From Mobula hypostoma (taxonomy: Eukaryota), in contig NC_086109.1 of NCBI RefSeq assembly GCF_963921235.1, forward strand, positions 31,746,001 through 31,810,000: a DNA stretch of 64,000 bases, given 5' to 3'. Within the stretch, counting starts at the first letter, position 1. Each line of letters starts with the position of its first letter. The translations under genes and the position numbers were made by a program. Positions 52,775 to 64,000 of the stretch are shown piece by piece. Under the pieces are notes generated by a model. That model was given only the letters and a program-made list of their open reading frames with translations, was not told where the DNA came from and searched no databases.

Positions 52775-52875
52775 GATAACACACACAAGATGCTGGAGGA
52801 ACTCAGCAAGCCAGGCAGCATCGATGGAAAAGAGTAAACAGTCAACATTTTGTACTGAGACCCTTTATCAGGGTC
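52775..52875 (-). mobile_element. PLE terminal repeat with a decayed hammerhead
   Basis: GATGCTGGAGGAACTCAGCAAGCCAGGCAGCATC matches the other PLE tails. Confidence 0.7.
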
Positions 52876-52889
52876 CATTGTCCATTGTC

Positions 52890-54299
52890 ATTTCTTCCTG
52901 ATCATTGGTCATGTGTTCCAGGGGTGGTGCACAGTAGCCATGTTTGGCAGGAACCTGTTATAGTAATTTACAAATCCTAAAAATAGCCGCAACTGCAACA
53001 TGGCCTTTGGCCTTGAGACATCCACCACTGCTTGAATGTTCTCAGTACACTTGTGTAATAATTGGTGTAACCACATGAAGTAACACTTGGTTTAAAGAAT
53101 TTACACTTAGCGCATTGTGTTCTGAGCCCATAATCTCATCTTTTTAACGCTGTCTTGAGATTTTGGAGAATTTCCTTGTCATCCTCACCACTAACACGGA
53201 TGTCAACCAGGTAACACTGGGTGCCTAGGCAGCTTTTCTGTACCTGGTCCATAGCTTTCTGACAGAGTGCAGGTGCAGATGCTACTCCAAAAATAAGCCT
53301 GTTATAGTGATTAAGCTATTGTGAGTGCTTATGGTGAGAAACACTTTGGACTCTTCTTCCATCTCCATTTGTAGGTAGGCCTCAGTTTAGTTCACTTTGC
53401 TGGTGTTTCTGCTCCAGAATAGTTCGCAAATATATCCTCTATCCTGAGCAGAGGGTATTGATCTACTTTCAGTACTAGATTGATATTGACCTTAAAACCA
53501 TCACAGATCCTGACAGCACCATTCTTTTTGGCTACTGCAACCACTGTTGCTGTCCATAGGCTCCAGTCAACCTTGGAAAGAATTCCTTCACCCTCCATGC
53601 AATCTAGCTCACTATCTCTTTATCACGGATGACATAAGGAACTGAAGACTTTGTAAAACTTGGATATGGCATTTTCATTTAATACTATTTTACCCTTGTT
53701 ATGTTTGAGTTTTCCAATGCCATCCTTAAACGCTGCTGTGGCATCATCCGATACTGTTTTTTTTAACCACATACAAGCTCAATGTGGCGTGTTGGTTATT
53801 ATATTTCACTGTTACGAATATCATTCCCACAGGAGTTAACTTTTGTCCAGTATAAGTTCCTAGTTGGATATCTGCCGATTTCAATTCAATATCTTATTGA
53901 AACAGCCAAGCCAATGTCCAATTTCATTTTAATTAGTTTGCCGTTCACTTCTGATGTCAGCAATGTGCTTGGTATTGTTAGTTTTCACAGAGTAAATCTC
54001 AAGGTTATCCAGTCCTGATGATTAGACTTTTCACCAACAGCATGCAGAATACTACTCTTCATCGCAGTTATGTTTTGTAACACCAAAACATAAAACTAAT
54101 TGAAAGAAAGCGGAACCGGGAAATCTGTACCTTAGTTTCCTTTTATTTTTGCAAGGCGAACATATATGACGTGGTGGCATAATGACGTATGTCATTTGCA
54201 TACTTTTACATTTAACCCATAATGAATTATTTAAGCAAGCAAAGAATGTTTAATCAAACAGTATGTTTGCAATATTACTCAAATACTAAATAGATAACA
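52890..54299 (-). mobile_element. Second degenerate Gypsy element (pol fragment and LTR at about 54067-54299)
   Basis: EGILSKVDWS...KKNGAVRIC...DQYPLLRIEDIFANY RT peptide, FLGFVNYYNRFLP-like coding near 52950-52985, and an LTR-like block ending ATAACA. Confidence 0.8.
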
Positions 54300-56462
54300 G
54301 AAATGCCTGGTGGAGATTCCTCAATGCGTCAAAACAATGCAGAAATGCCATAATTGTGTAGTACTTTTGAAAAAAATTAGATTTTAGGTCATGTTGCAGA
54401 GACAAATCTCATTAGGCAAATAAATTTCTCGATAACCATTTCCTGAAAAATACCATGCATTTTGGCCTAAGTATAGCACGCAGTTGTACAAATTTAAAAT
54501 AATTTAACCAAAATTCAAGCCCTCATGTCAAGCGCTTTTACAGTGCAAAATTTAACCAACACAATTTATGTACGTTTATTTGTACAATTACTCCCAATGA
54601 TGCAGCTTACAAGAAGATTTTTCTCCCTGTTGTCAAACCCCAGCTGCTTCTAATAAATTCTATCAGCCTTCCTTAACCTTTTTGCCACCTCATGTAGTGT
54701 CTAAAATTACTAGTGGATTAGGAATACCCCTGTGGACACATTGATTTAGTAATGACAACAGCAGTAACTACAGAAAATAGCCTACTGTGCTGGAATCCTC
54801 CACAATAAACGAAACAGATATCTTTCTTAAGTGGCAATTTGCTCATCCTTTGTCACCATCACAGCTATAATTATGACACCTTGCATGATGAACTATTAAT
54901 TTTTAGTGTTAATAATTTGTTAAGATTCTCCCAGCAACATTTCATCATTTATGTTCAATTGATTTTTCTCAGCAACCTTTCAATTGGGCAGGATAGTTTG
55001 AGATGTGAATTGCAGTTTATAGTGCTCAAAGCCACTTGGAGATCACTTAATTCTAGAGCTTCTTCCCATTGACACTTCTGGCACAAGAATTGGTAAGTGC
55101 TGTACCGTATTGACAACAACTTGAGAATAAACTTATTGAAAGGATAAGCATCACACCCACATGCTTACACCTTTTGTTGTAAATACTGGCAAAGGTGCAT
55201 TGTGTTCTTCCACCGTAATTACCAGCTGCTATTGTGAATCTTATTTGACAGTAGATTTAACGCAAGACACAAGATATTCTAGGAAAACATTAGCATTGAG
55301 CAAAAAAGACTCCAACATGATCATTTGGCACTTTAACTAAAAGTGAAGTCATAAGAAAACTGTTCTAACAATTGCACCTATTTAGTAAATAAATCACAAG
55401 AACAAAAAGTGCTGGAAATGCTCAGCAAATCAGAATCAGCTGAGAGAGAAACAAAGTTAATACTTTATGCCAATGGCATTTCATTAGAGAAGGAAAAATT
55501 AGAGCTGAATAACATCAAATAATGGGGGTGGAAAAGAGAACGAGTGGAAAGATTTTGTGATAGATGGGATGATGGTGCAAGGTTAAAGGACTATGGAGAC
55601 AAATAGAGAAAGATGGGATTAAATAAGAAACATATGGGAGTATTAGTATCATACCAAGATCTGCTGTCTGAAAAATGGGGACTGAGTTTATGTTAAATGG
55701 TTAAAATTGAAAATATGAAGTTGTTGCTTTGGAAATTTTAGATTGAAAGCTGAATATGCTCACTCCAAAGCTTTCAGGAGAAAGGAGTAGGAGTCTGAGT
55801 CAAAGGGATCAGAGTGAAATCAGGCACACAATTAAAATGATAGGTTACTGGAAGCTTAGAGCCATCGTGGTGGACTGAAAGGAAATGTTCCACAAAACTT
55901 GGGGTCACAATGTAGAGGAATTCACATCAAGCATATTGACAACAGTATATTAAACTGAAACACATTGGTCATTTTCCAGCATCTTTGAGACGCTAAATTG
56001 AGTTGTCACTGAAATCAATTTAGCCTGGACGGACTATGTGAAATGCAGATAACGGCATTATCATTTTCAATGAAATTAGAATCATATGATTATCATTGAG
56101 CATTCTTAGTTATAATCTTGTGATTAAGGGAAGAGAGTTGACAAAGAACTGAAAATTGTTGATGTATAAGTATTGATAACCATCAGAAGAGCAATAGAAG
56201 GAGAAGTGCACACTGGTTGGGTCAATATTTGGGCAGATTGAATTTAGATTAGATTAGATTAAATTAATTTATTAATATCATGTACATCGAAACATACTGT
56301 AAAATAATTTGTTTGTAATAGCTATCAATATATCCTGTAGTTACGCTGGGGGCAGCCCTTAAGTGTTGCCACACATTTCGGCATTTACATAGCATGTCCA
56401 CAATGTTCAGCAGAATAACACACAGCAAACAAACAACAGCAGCAAAGTAAACCTCTCTCCCA

Positions 56463-56463
<1 letters not shown>

Positions 56464-56501
<38 letters not shown>
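56464..56501. repeat. (CA)19 microsatellite inside a minus-strand retroposon 3' end (about 56240-56620)
   Basis: Read directly from the sequence; (AGATT)n tail at about 56245. Confidence 0.9.
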
Positions 56502-56506
<5 letters not shown>

Positions 56507-57214
56507 ACTCACCTCCAGTCCCAGGAGAGGACCCCCTCTGGGCCCCAGATCTCTAGACTGTAGCTCCTGACTGTCCTGACTGACAAGCTTCAGACGTCTG
56601 TCCTCCAGACTCACCAAGTAGGAGCTTTGACCTCTGAAGAACTTGCCTAATTTGCAATCAAGGCTGAATTTGTATGGTATCAAGAAGCTTTGGTAAACCT
56701 GAGGTCAGTGTGCATCAAGAGGAAAACATTTAAATGACTATAGTTATATCTTGCACAAAGGAAGATGACTGTGGCTTTTGAAGGTCAATATCCAGCCCAG
56801 GATATGAGTTTCTTAGGGTAGTGTCCAACTTCCAACTATCTGCAGTTGCTTTTTCAATTATCTTCCTTTCATTACGGCTTCAGTGGGATGTTCTCTGCTG
56901 GTTCTATCACGTTCAATTTCATTCCCAACTCATTAGCAAATCAGGCAGTTCATGTCTGCATGCAGCAAGACCAAGTCAGTATTCAGGCATGGTCTTACAT
57001 GTGTCAGAGAACATGTATGTTACAGAAGTACAATAATCAATTGATATGAGATGTTGTCTGTCCAAGCAGATTTAGATGATATTAGATGGTATTACTATTT
57101 CCAGGCCCCCTACCATCAGCAACTTGGTGATTAACATTGATGCAACTGATTCAATATCATAAACACTGCAAATGCAAGAGCAGGCCAGATACTGGTATCT
57201 TGGGGCATGGAAGT

Positions 57215-57475
57215 CACGAGAGTGTAGTAGTTAGCACAATGCTATTATGGCTCAGGGCACTGGAGCTTGAAGTTCAGTTCTGGTGTCCGCTGTAAGAAGG
57301 CTTCTGCGTTTTTTCTGTGAGTATGTTGGTTTCCTACAGGTGCTCCAGTTTCCTCCCACAGTCCAAGGACGTACCAGTTAGTTGGTTAATTGGTCATTAT
57401 AAATTGTCCTGGGATTAGATTAAGGTTAAATGGGTGGTTTGTCCTATACCATGCTGTATCTTTAAGTAAATAAAT
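57215..57475 (+). mobile_element. V-SINE-like element
   Basis: tRNA-like head and GGTGCTCCAGTTTCCTCCCACAGTCCAAGGACGT core. Confidence 0.75.
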
Positions 57476-58134
57476 ATGCTAAAATCTTTTCACTTTCTAT
57501 AAAGCTCAAGACCAGACTGTGATGGAACACTCTGTATGTCCTTGAATGACTGCATCCTCAGCTACACTCAAGCAGTTCAGTATGGTAAAGGACATACTTA
57601 CCCCGTTTGTGAAACAAATCCTCCACTATAAACATGCTTTCCCACCATCAATGACTATTATTGCCAACCTGCACTGCAATTACGTACCCAGGCTATTCTG
57701 AGGGAGCATCTTCCAAATACAATGGCCTCAGTGATCAAGGAGGTAAGAGCAGAAGGCTCATAACTTCGCCAGCAGCTTATTGCTTCGAGTCATTCCGTCA
57801 TACCAGTCATTCACTTAACTTCCTTGGAACTCTATAGCTGTTTTTTTTGTTGTTGCTGGGTCCCTTCATCAGACGACTTTGTGGGAATATTTTAGCCCAC
57901 ACTGACTCACCAGTTTTTTCACCAGAGAAACTAGGAGTAAGAAATAAACACTGATTTAGAGTGAAGTCCAAAGCTCAAAAGTAATAAACTAAAAAACATT
58001 CCACACATAAAACTCTCTTAGGAAGCATGTGGTAATGCAAAGTAATTCTGTATGCAACGTTGATTAATGGGTAAATATTGACCTGGATCTCAAACCCAAT
58101 TTGGGCTCCCTTTTATGAAAAAAGTCTTATGGGA

Positions 58135-58327
58135 TTATTCAGTCAAGATCCCCATGAGAATTTTCAGCTGCTTTGTGTAGGATTTTTTCACTTCTCTATA
58201 TAAATACACAAACACAGAAGTATTGAACTTCATGAAAAGTTGTATCTTTACAACATCTAGCAACACAGCATCAAATTTTCGCAGGTTTAACACAACTGTT
58301 CTAAGAATATTCCTACCAAAGATGTAC
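58135..58327 (-). pseudogene. Pseudo-exon 9 (phase 2 start; probable last coding exon)
   Basis: ctcctttggtaccag| then YIFGRNILRTVVLNLRKFDAVLLDVVKIQLFMKFN...LKILMGILTE*. The frame may originally have run on to 58018. Confidence 0.6.
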
Positions 58328-58471
58328 CTGGTACCAAAGGAGCAATAATTCATTTCATTGGAGGGGAATATTCAATTAACACATTTTCAACTAAAAACAT
58401 TTTATTGTTGTAGGTGTATTATTTTAACAATACCGTATGTCTACAGTATTGTAGTTGGGAGATGAACTAGC

Positions 58472-58678
58472 CAGTTCTCATAATTTTCCACGGCTGAAAT
58501 ATGGCACTTAGGATCAAAATGCCCTGCACATCCAATTAAGACAGAGCTGGGTTCATTCATGAGGTTGATATTGTGAATTCTAATCCAATAGAATGTGACG
58601 CAAGTTGATAGGAAACCACAAGCACATGTACCCAATGTTTCCAAGAACCTTGAGCCAATTTCACCCAATACAAAAAAG
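58472..58678 (-). pseudogene. Pseudo-exon 8 (207 nt, phase 2-2, stop-free, GC donor)
   Basis: ctgtcatctag| and |gctagt. Reads FFVLGEIGSRFLETLGTCACGFLSTCVTFYW...LIGCAGHFDPKCHISAVENYEN(W). Confidence 0.55.
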
Positions 58679-59015
58679 CTAGATGACAGATTCTATATAG
58701 ATGAGCTAAAATACATTATTTTACAATTTAATATTGAAATTGCTTTATGATGAAACATTAACACTATTTCTCTTAATTTCTGCCTGACCTGAAATACTCC
58801 CAAAGGATCATTTTTTATTCATTAAAATCCAGCAGGTTTTCTTCTGCTGGGCAATCTACAAGGTAAATTCACACTTTGAAGTAAATTGTTAATCCACCCT
58901 CACACCTATGTGCGTGATGCCTGATAGTTACACAATCATCTGACCAGTCTATAGCTCTGAGGCAAGTCACTGGACTTGGAGTGTCTCTTTAATTAACCTG
59001 CTGTGCTTATCTCAC

Positions 59016-59195
59016 ATTCTTGCTTTTAGAGTATGATCTTTTAAGTTGTTTATCCTTTTGTGTCTATCAAAAACTCTTAAAACTATTGATGGATTTAGCT
59101 GCAACCCTTTCACAAGTTGAAAGACCCAGGTGTCAACAATACAGAGTGGATAAATTAATCTTCCTTCCTGAGCTTTAGCAAATGAATTTCCATGT
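59016..59195 (-). pseudogene. Pseudo-exon 7 (180 nt, phase 2-2, stop-free)
   Basis: aataaccag| and |gtgaga. Reads HGNSFAKAQEGRLIYPLCIVDTWVFQLVKGLQLNPSIVLRVFDRHKRINNLKDHTLKAR. Confidence 0.6.
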
Positions 59196-59487
59196 CTGGT
59201 TATTGACATAGTGATCAGAGAGAATGGATTTATGTTATTAATTCAGAAGTCCTCCTGCTGAGCACAGGAGTTAATACTCGATCTTTTGGCAAGATTACCA
59301 CAGGCTCCAACCATCAATCTTTGTAAATGTTATTCCAATTCAATCTTCAGTGAATGTTACACTGTCTCAGGTATTGTCTACCTTATATGCTATCTAGGTC
59401 TGATCTGAAGGGAGAGGGAGGCTGTGCAGATAAGTCTTCATGATCTTAAAATATAAAATGGAAATTATTTAATCATTTACCTCAGGT

Positions 59488-60008
59488 AATACATGCAAAA
59501 TGCTGGAGGAACTCAGCAGACTAGGCAGCATCTATGGAAAAGAGTAAACAGTTGACGTTACAGGCCGAGATCTTTCGTCAGGACTCCAAAAAAGAGATGA
59601 CAAGTCAGAGTAATAAGAAGGTGAGGGGAGGAGAAGAAGTGCAAAGTTGGAGAAGGTTGAATCTGACAGGAGAGGACAGAAGGCCAAGGAAGAAAGAGAA
59701 GTGGGAGAAACACCAGAGGGAGGTGATGGGCAGGTAATGAGATAAGATAAGAGAGGGAAATGGGAATGGGAAGTGATGAATGGGAGGGGGATATTACCAG
59801 AAATCAAAGAAATTGATGTTTCCTCCTTTCCAGCCCTTTATTTCTTTCACCAATTGACTTCCCATCTCTTTATTTCATCCCTCCCTCTCTCCTCTCCTGA
59901 TGTTACCTATCACCTATTACCTTGTGCTTCTTGCCGCCTGGCCTGCAGAGATCCTCCAGCATTTTGTGTGTATTACTTTGATTTCCAGCATCTGCAGATT
60001 TTCTCTTG
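59488..60008. mobile_element. PLE terminal fragments in inverted arrangement
   Basis: Minus-strand tail at 59488-59818 (hammerhead core GAAA changed to GTAA) joined to a plus-strand tail at 59819-60008. Confidence 0.75.
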
Positions 60009-60984
60009 TTTATAATTTATCTCAGGTGCTGCTCATGTGGAGTAGCCGACATCTTTGCTTCATGAAAGTTACAGTATTTCTAGATAATTTTTCATTTAAA
60101 ACCCTTTAACACAATTCCATATGATAAGTTTTCTGTCACTTTATTATGTAGGCACGACATGCAATAAATATTATTACATAGCACTTGGGATGAAACAGTT
60201 TGTTTAGATATACATGCAAGCTCAGTATTTGATATGACACATTCTTCATTTGACATTCCAAAAATCTAATTTTCTCTCCAAGTGTTTTCAGCATGTCTTT
60301 ATGCTGCCTCTTCTAATACGTCTTGGTTAGCATTTCCAATAACTGTTATTTCCTTTTATTTTACTTCCCTTGAGAGGTATGTTTACATAAACAATTATAA
60401 AGCCAGCAGTGAGCTGTTAGCAGAGGCATGTGCCATGAATTTATGCAAGGCAACGAACTCTCTGAGGAATTGCTGGCAAAATACCTATTAAAACATGAAG
60501 TATCACTCTGTTGCCAGTAAATCTGATTGGGTAAGTCACGAAAATGTAGCCGCAACATCAAACCTCAGTTATGTTTATGTCTCACTTTGAAGATGAGTCA
60601 ATCAAAACCTGAACCTCATACCATTCTGTACTGTGCATAAGTCCGCTTCCTGGAGAATCATCTATAATCTAAGTGCAGAGTCTGCAGGTACATTGGTGTT
60701 GCTACTTGCAAAAGCAATTCAGGGTTCCACCATCCTAGCATCCTTTACTGACGACAGTAGCTCTCAACTCAACAGCAATACCACAATGTAACAAATTGGC
60801 AGTCATAGAATCATAGGGCACAGAAACAGACCCTTCAGTCCAACTTGGAGCAGACTCAATGGGCTGAATGGCCTAATTCTGCTCCTATCTCTATCCTTTA
60901 TGGTTTTGTTCAATAGACTAAGTTGTCTGCTTGAGGTAGTCTCAGTTGTCTGTGTTTGTCCTGTATCCCTCTAAATCCTCATAG

Positions 60985-61550
60985 GACAGAGATTTGAAAA
61001 GCTAGTTGAGGGGTGCCATAACTACAACCTCTCACTCGATGTCAGTGAAACCAAAGGGCTTCAGGGGAAACCAGAGAAAGAAGCCAGAAGTCCATGAGAC
61101 AGTCTTCAGTAGGGGAATTGAGGCAGTGAGGGTCAGTAACTTTAAATTTCTTGGTGTTAACTTATCAGATCTATCCTGGGATGACCACATAAGTGCCATC
61201 ACAAATAAAGCACAGCAGTGCCTCTACTTTCTTACAATTTTATATAGATTCGGTATGTCTCCAAAAACTTTGACAAACTTCTCTTGATGCACAGTGGAGA
61301 GTATCCTAACTGGATGCATTGTGGATTGGTTTGAAAACACCAATGCCCAGGAATGAAAATGGCTACAGAAACTGACAGATTCAGCTCAATTCATCAAAAG
61401 CAAAGCATTCCCCACCATTGAGTACACTTACGTGGAGCACTACCACACGAAAACAGCATCCATTATCAAAAACGCCTATCAGCTAGGCCATGCACTCGTC
61501 TCAATACTACCATGAGACAGCAGGTACAAAAGCCTTGGGTCCTTATTACT
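60985..61550 (+). mobile_element. Rex/Babar-like LINE fragment
   Basis: RVSNFKFLGV...KAQQCLYFL peptide (ORF 61006-61287). Confidence 0.8.
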
Positions 61551-62186
61551 CTACAAGCATCATTCACCACTAATTGATTCCGTGACCTACCAGCCCATGC
61601 TATAGCTGGAGGCATCACATGACAGTCATAATGCCTTCCACAATTTTCTACCTCAGAGTATACCTACAGGATGATGCTTCAGCCTATCCATTGAGTTGCA
61701 GTAAACATCTACTTGTTTATTTCCAGCCATTAGTGAAGAAGCAGCACCTAAATTGATGCTGCCTGACTTGCTGAGTTCCTCCGTCATTTTGTGTGTGTTA
61801 CCCGACTAAGTACTGAGAAACTTTAGACTGAACAATAGATGCTGCTCATTATCAAAGATCTTGTCCGGAATAAATTTGTGGTTCCAATATAACCACAGGT
61901 TTATCTGCAAAGATTTGCCCATTCACTGTGTTGCTAACCCCTTCTCTTTTCTAACTTCCACAACTGCTCTCCAGCTGCTAACCACTGCTGACTGGTCTCA
62001 GCCAGCAATACACAGGCTTAGCTCCAGGTTGCTGTTCAAGTCAATGAAAGAATGCTTGAATTGCAGTAAATCTTCTGCATTGTCCACAGGTCTTGTGCCA
62101 ACTATATGGATTAGTGATCAGTCAAAATGAAGCACACGTCATTCCCCATCAATATCAACCATCTTAAGCAATTAACCATAGCTTAC

Positions 62187-62338
62187 GGCAACTTTCTCTC
62201 TGTGTTCTTGAACTGAATTATGCATAACTTTTCGACCCACAGAATGGAACTTCATCTTATCCATTAAGCTGCAATGAGCAACTTCTTTACTGCCAGCCAT
62301 TAATGAACAAGCTTTACCTGAGTCAAGCATCTTCTTCA
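62187..62338 (-). pseudogene. Pseudo-exon 2 (152 nt, phase 1-0, stop-free)
   Basis: tttaccataactag| and |gtaagc. Reads (L)KKMLDSGKACSLMAGSKEVAHCSLMDKMKFHSVGRKVMHNSVQEHREKVA. Confidence 0.55.
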
Positions 62339-62419
62339 CTAGTTATGGTAAACATAAGCTTTCAATCACCAAAAGAACTTCCCAATGGCCAAGCAGTTTA
62401 ATTCCAATTCCTATTTGCC

Positions 62420-62868
62420 TTCCAACGTGTCACCTTATATTCCATCTGGGTAGCCTCCAACCTGATGGCATGAATATCAATTTCTCCTTCCGCTAAAAAA
62501 ATTCCCTCTCCCTCCCCTCTTCTATTCCCCACTCTGGCCTCTCACCTCTTCTCACCTGCCTATCAACTCCCCCCGGGTCCCCTCCTCCTTCCCTTTTCCT
62601 GTGGTCTACTCTCCTCTCCTATCAGAATCCTTCTACTCCAGACCTTATCTTTCCAACCTACCTGGCTTCACCTGTCACCTTCTAGCTTCCCTCCTTCCCC
62701 TCCCCACACCTTTTCATTATGGCGTCTTCCCCCTTCCCTTCCAGTCTTAAAGAAGGGTCGCGGTCCGAAACCTCAACTCGCGTAGATGCAATCTAACCTG
62801 CTGAGTTCCTCCAGCATTCTGTGTGTGTTGCTTTAGATTTCCTGCCCCTGCAGACTTCCTCGTGTTTG
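62420..62868 (+). mobile_element. PLE 3' fragment
   Basis: CACCTTATATTCCATCTGGGTAGCCTCCAACCTGATGGCATGAA, a pyrimidine-rich UTR and a decayed hammerhead/tail. Confidence 0.8.
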
Positions 62869-62951
62869 TAAATAATTTCCATATTTTTTCATTAGCTAGT
62901 TCATACATTAAACAAGCCCACAGTACTGATGTCCACAGATGCACAGCTCAC

Positions 62952-63194
62952 AGTATTCATTAACCTTTTCCTTTGATCTCTTGTTCCATGTACCAAACTT
63001 AATCACTCTCACAAAATCACTGAAAGCGTTGGATTGAAATTCTTCTGGGGTTTTCACCATGTTCACACAAATCTCCAGTAGTGTGTGATTCTTGTAGACA
63101 TGCAAGCGTATCCAGTCCTTTCACCAAAAAGCATTATAGTCTACCTCTTCTTACATGTTACGGAATTGCTCTGTACTGTGTTCTCCTATGGGGC
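62952..63194 (-). pseudogene. Pseudo-exon 1 (243 nt, phase 1-1)
   Basis: tattatctag| and |gtgagc. Reads PIGEHSTEQFRNM*EEVDYNAFW*KDWIRLHVYKNHTLLEICVNMVKTPEEFQSNAFSDFVRVIKFGTWNKRSKEKVNEY, with stops at 63151-63153 and 63121-63123. Confidence 0.6.
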
Positions 63195-63319
63195 CTAGAT
63201 AATACAATGCAATGCCTATTCATTACATTTAGAGTATTAAGTCTGTGTTCTATCCAAATCTCTCAAACTTCCTGACATCTGTCACCTGCCTCACATGGAT
63301 ATATATATATATGGTCTAC

Positions 63320-64000
63320 GTGACTTTGACGAGGTCCCACATGGAAAGCTAGTCGGAAATGTTAGAGCCCATAGGGTCCAAGGCACAATGACAAGGTGAG
63401 ATCAAAATTGCTTCATAATAGGAGGCAGAGGCTAAAAGTAGGAGGTTAAAAATGGTGGTGTTGTTAATAGTGGGGAGCATAAAGGTAGGCTGCAGAATCA
63501 TATTGATCAATTGTTAAGTTGGGCATAACAATGGCAGATGGAATTATTCCTCATAAATATGAGAGGGTTAATAAGGGAAGGTCATACACAAGGAATGGTA
63601 GGGTCACGGGGAATGTTGAGGAGCAAAGCTAACTTGATGTTTAAATACAAGGATCCCTGAAGGTTGCTTCATATCGAGATTAACCTTCATTAGCCAGGGT
63701 AAAGCACGCAAGAGCAGGGATGTTTTGGAGCAACTCTATGAAACGTTAATTAAGCCATAGCCAAAGTACTATATGCAGTCCAGGTCACTGCACCCTGATT
63801 GCAATGGGGAGGATGGAGGGGAGATAGAATGTTATAGCTATGAGGAAAGACTTGATACACTTGGATTGTTTTCCTTTGAGCAGAGGAGGCTCAGACGTTA
63901 CCTGATATAGGTATTCTACACAATTATGTGTGGGGCACAGATAGGATAGGGAGTAAGAAACTTTTCTCATAGTATTTATATCTACAACAAAAAGAATACA
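63320..64000 (+). mobile_element. Old CR1 RT remnant
   Basis: TTTGACGAGGTCCCACATGG (FDxVPHG) and downstream CR1-like segments with many disruptions. Confidence 0.7.

Larger units (their letters stand above)
58135..63194 (-). pseudogene. Multi-exon (unprocessed) pseudogene of an unrecognised protein; 5' part probably outside the window
   Basis: Nine candidate exons that join in frame: 63194-62952, 62338-62187, 62101-61939, 61663-61591, 60747-60622, 60484-60365, 59195-59016, 58678-58472, 58327-58135. All are AG/GT bounded except one GC donor; nine internal stops in this model. Confidence 0.65.

Noticed and set aside
60421..60530. Plus-strand exon ending at GG|GTAAGT
   Set aside because: All frames hit stops before the donor, and the region is better explained by the minus-strand chain.
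61998..63123. In-frame TGA codons in the pseudo-exons read as selenocysteine
   Set aside because: TAA and TAG stops occur in the same chain and no SECIS was recognised; decay is the simpler explanation.
1..64000. CRISPR arrays, rRNA genes or prokaryotic operons
   Set aside because: No regularly spaced repeats or rRNA signatures; the content is vertebrate repeat-rich DNA.

Overview
Eukaryotic, vertebrate-type, AT-rich DNA dominated by transposable elements: CR1 LINEs, Rex1/Babar-type LINEs, L1, Penelope-like elements (PLEs), tRNA-derived V-SINE-like SINEs, Tc1-type MITEs, Gypsy fragments and solo LTRs. This mix suggests a cartilaginous fish (inference only). No intact host protein-coding gene, rRNA, tRNA gene or CRISPR array was seen, and most long ORFs in the track are retroelement fragments. 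Two signals go beyond repeat annotation. (1) At about 58.1-63.2 kb the non-repeat islands on the minus strand form a chain of at least nine splice-site-bounded, phase-compatible exons. Together they encode an unrecognised protein of roughly 490 aa with several in-frame stops, i.e. an unprocessed pseudogene; the frames of the middle exons are uncertain. (2) The PLE termini carry minimal type I hammerhead ribozyme motifs (stem I - CUGANGA - extra A - stem II - GAAAC - GUC - stem I), present as a series of intact to decayed copies, one of them a 135-bp insertion with a 15-bp target-site duplication (TSD). Many nested insertions have readable TSDs. Boundaries of old repeats are approximate, and family names come from motif recognition, not database searches.
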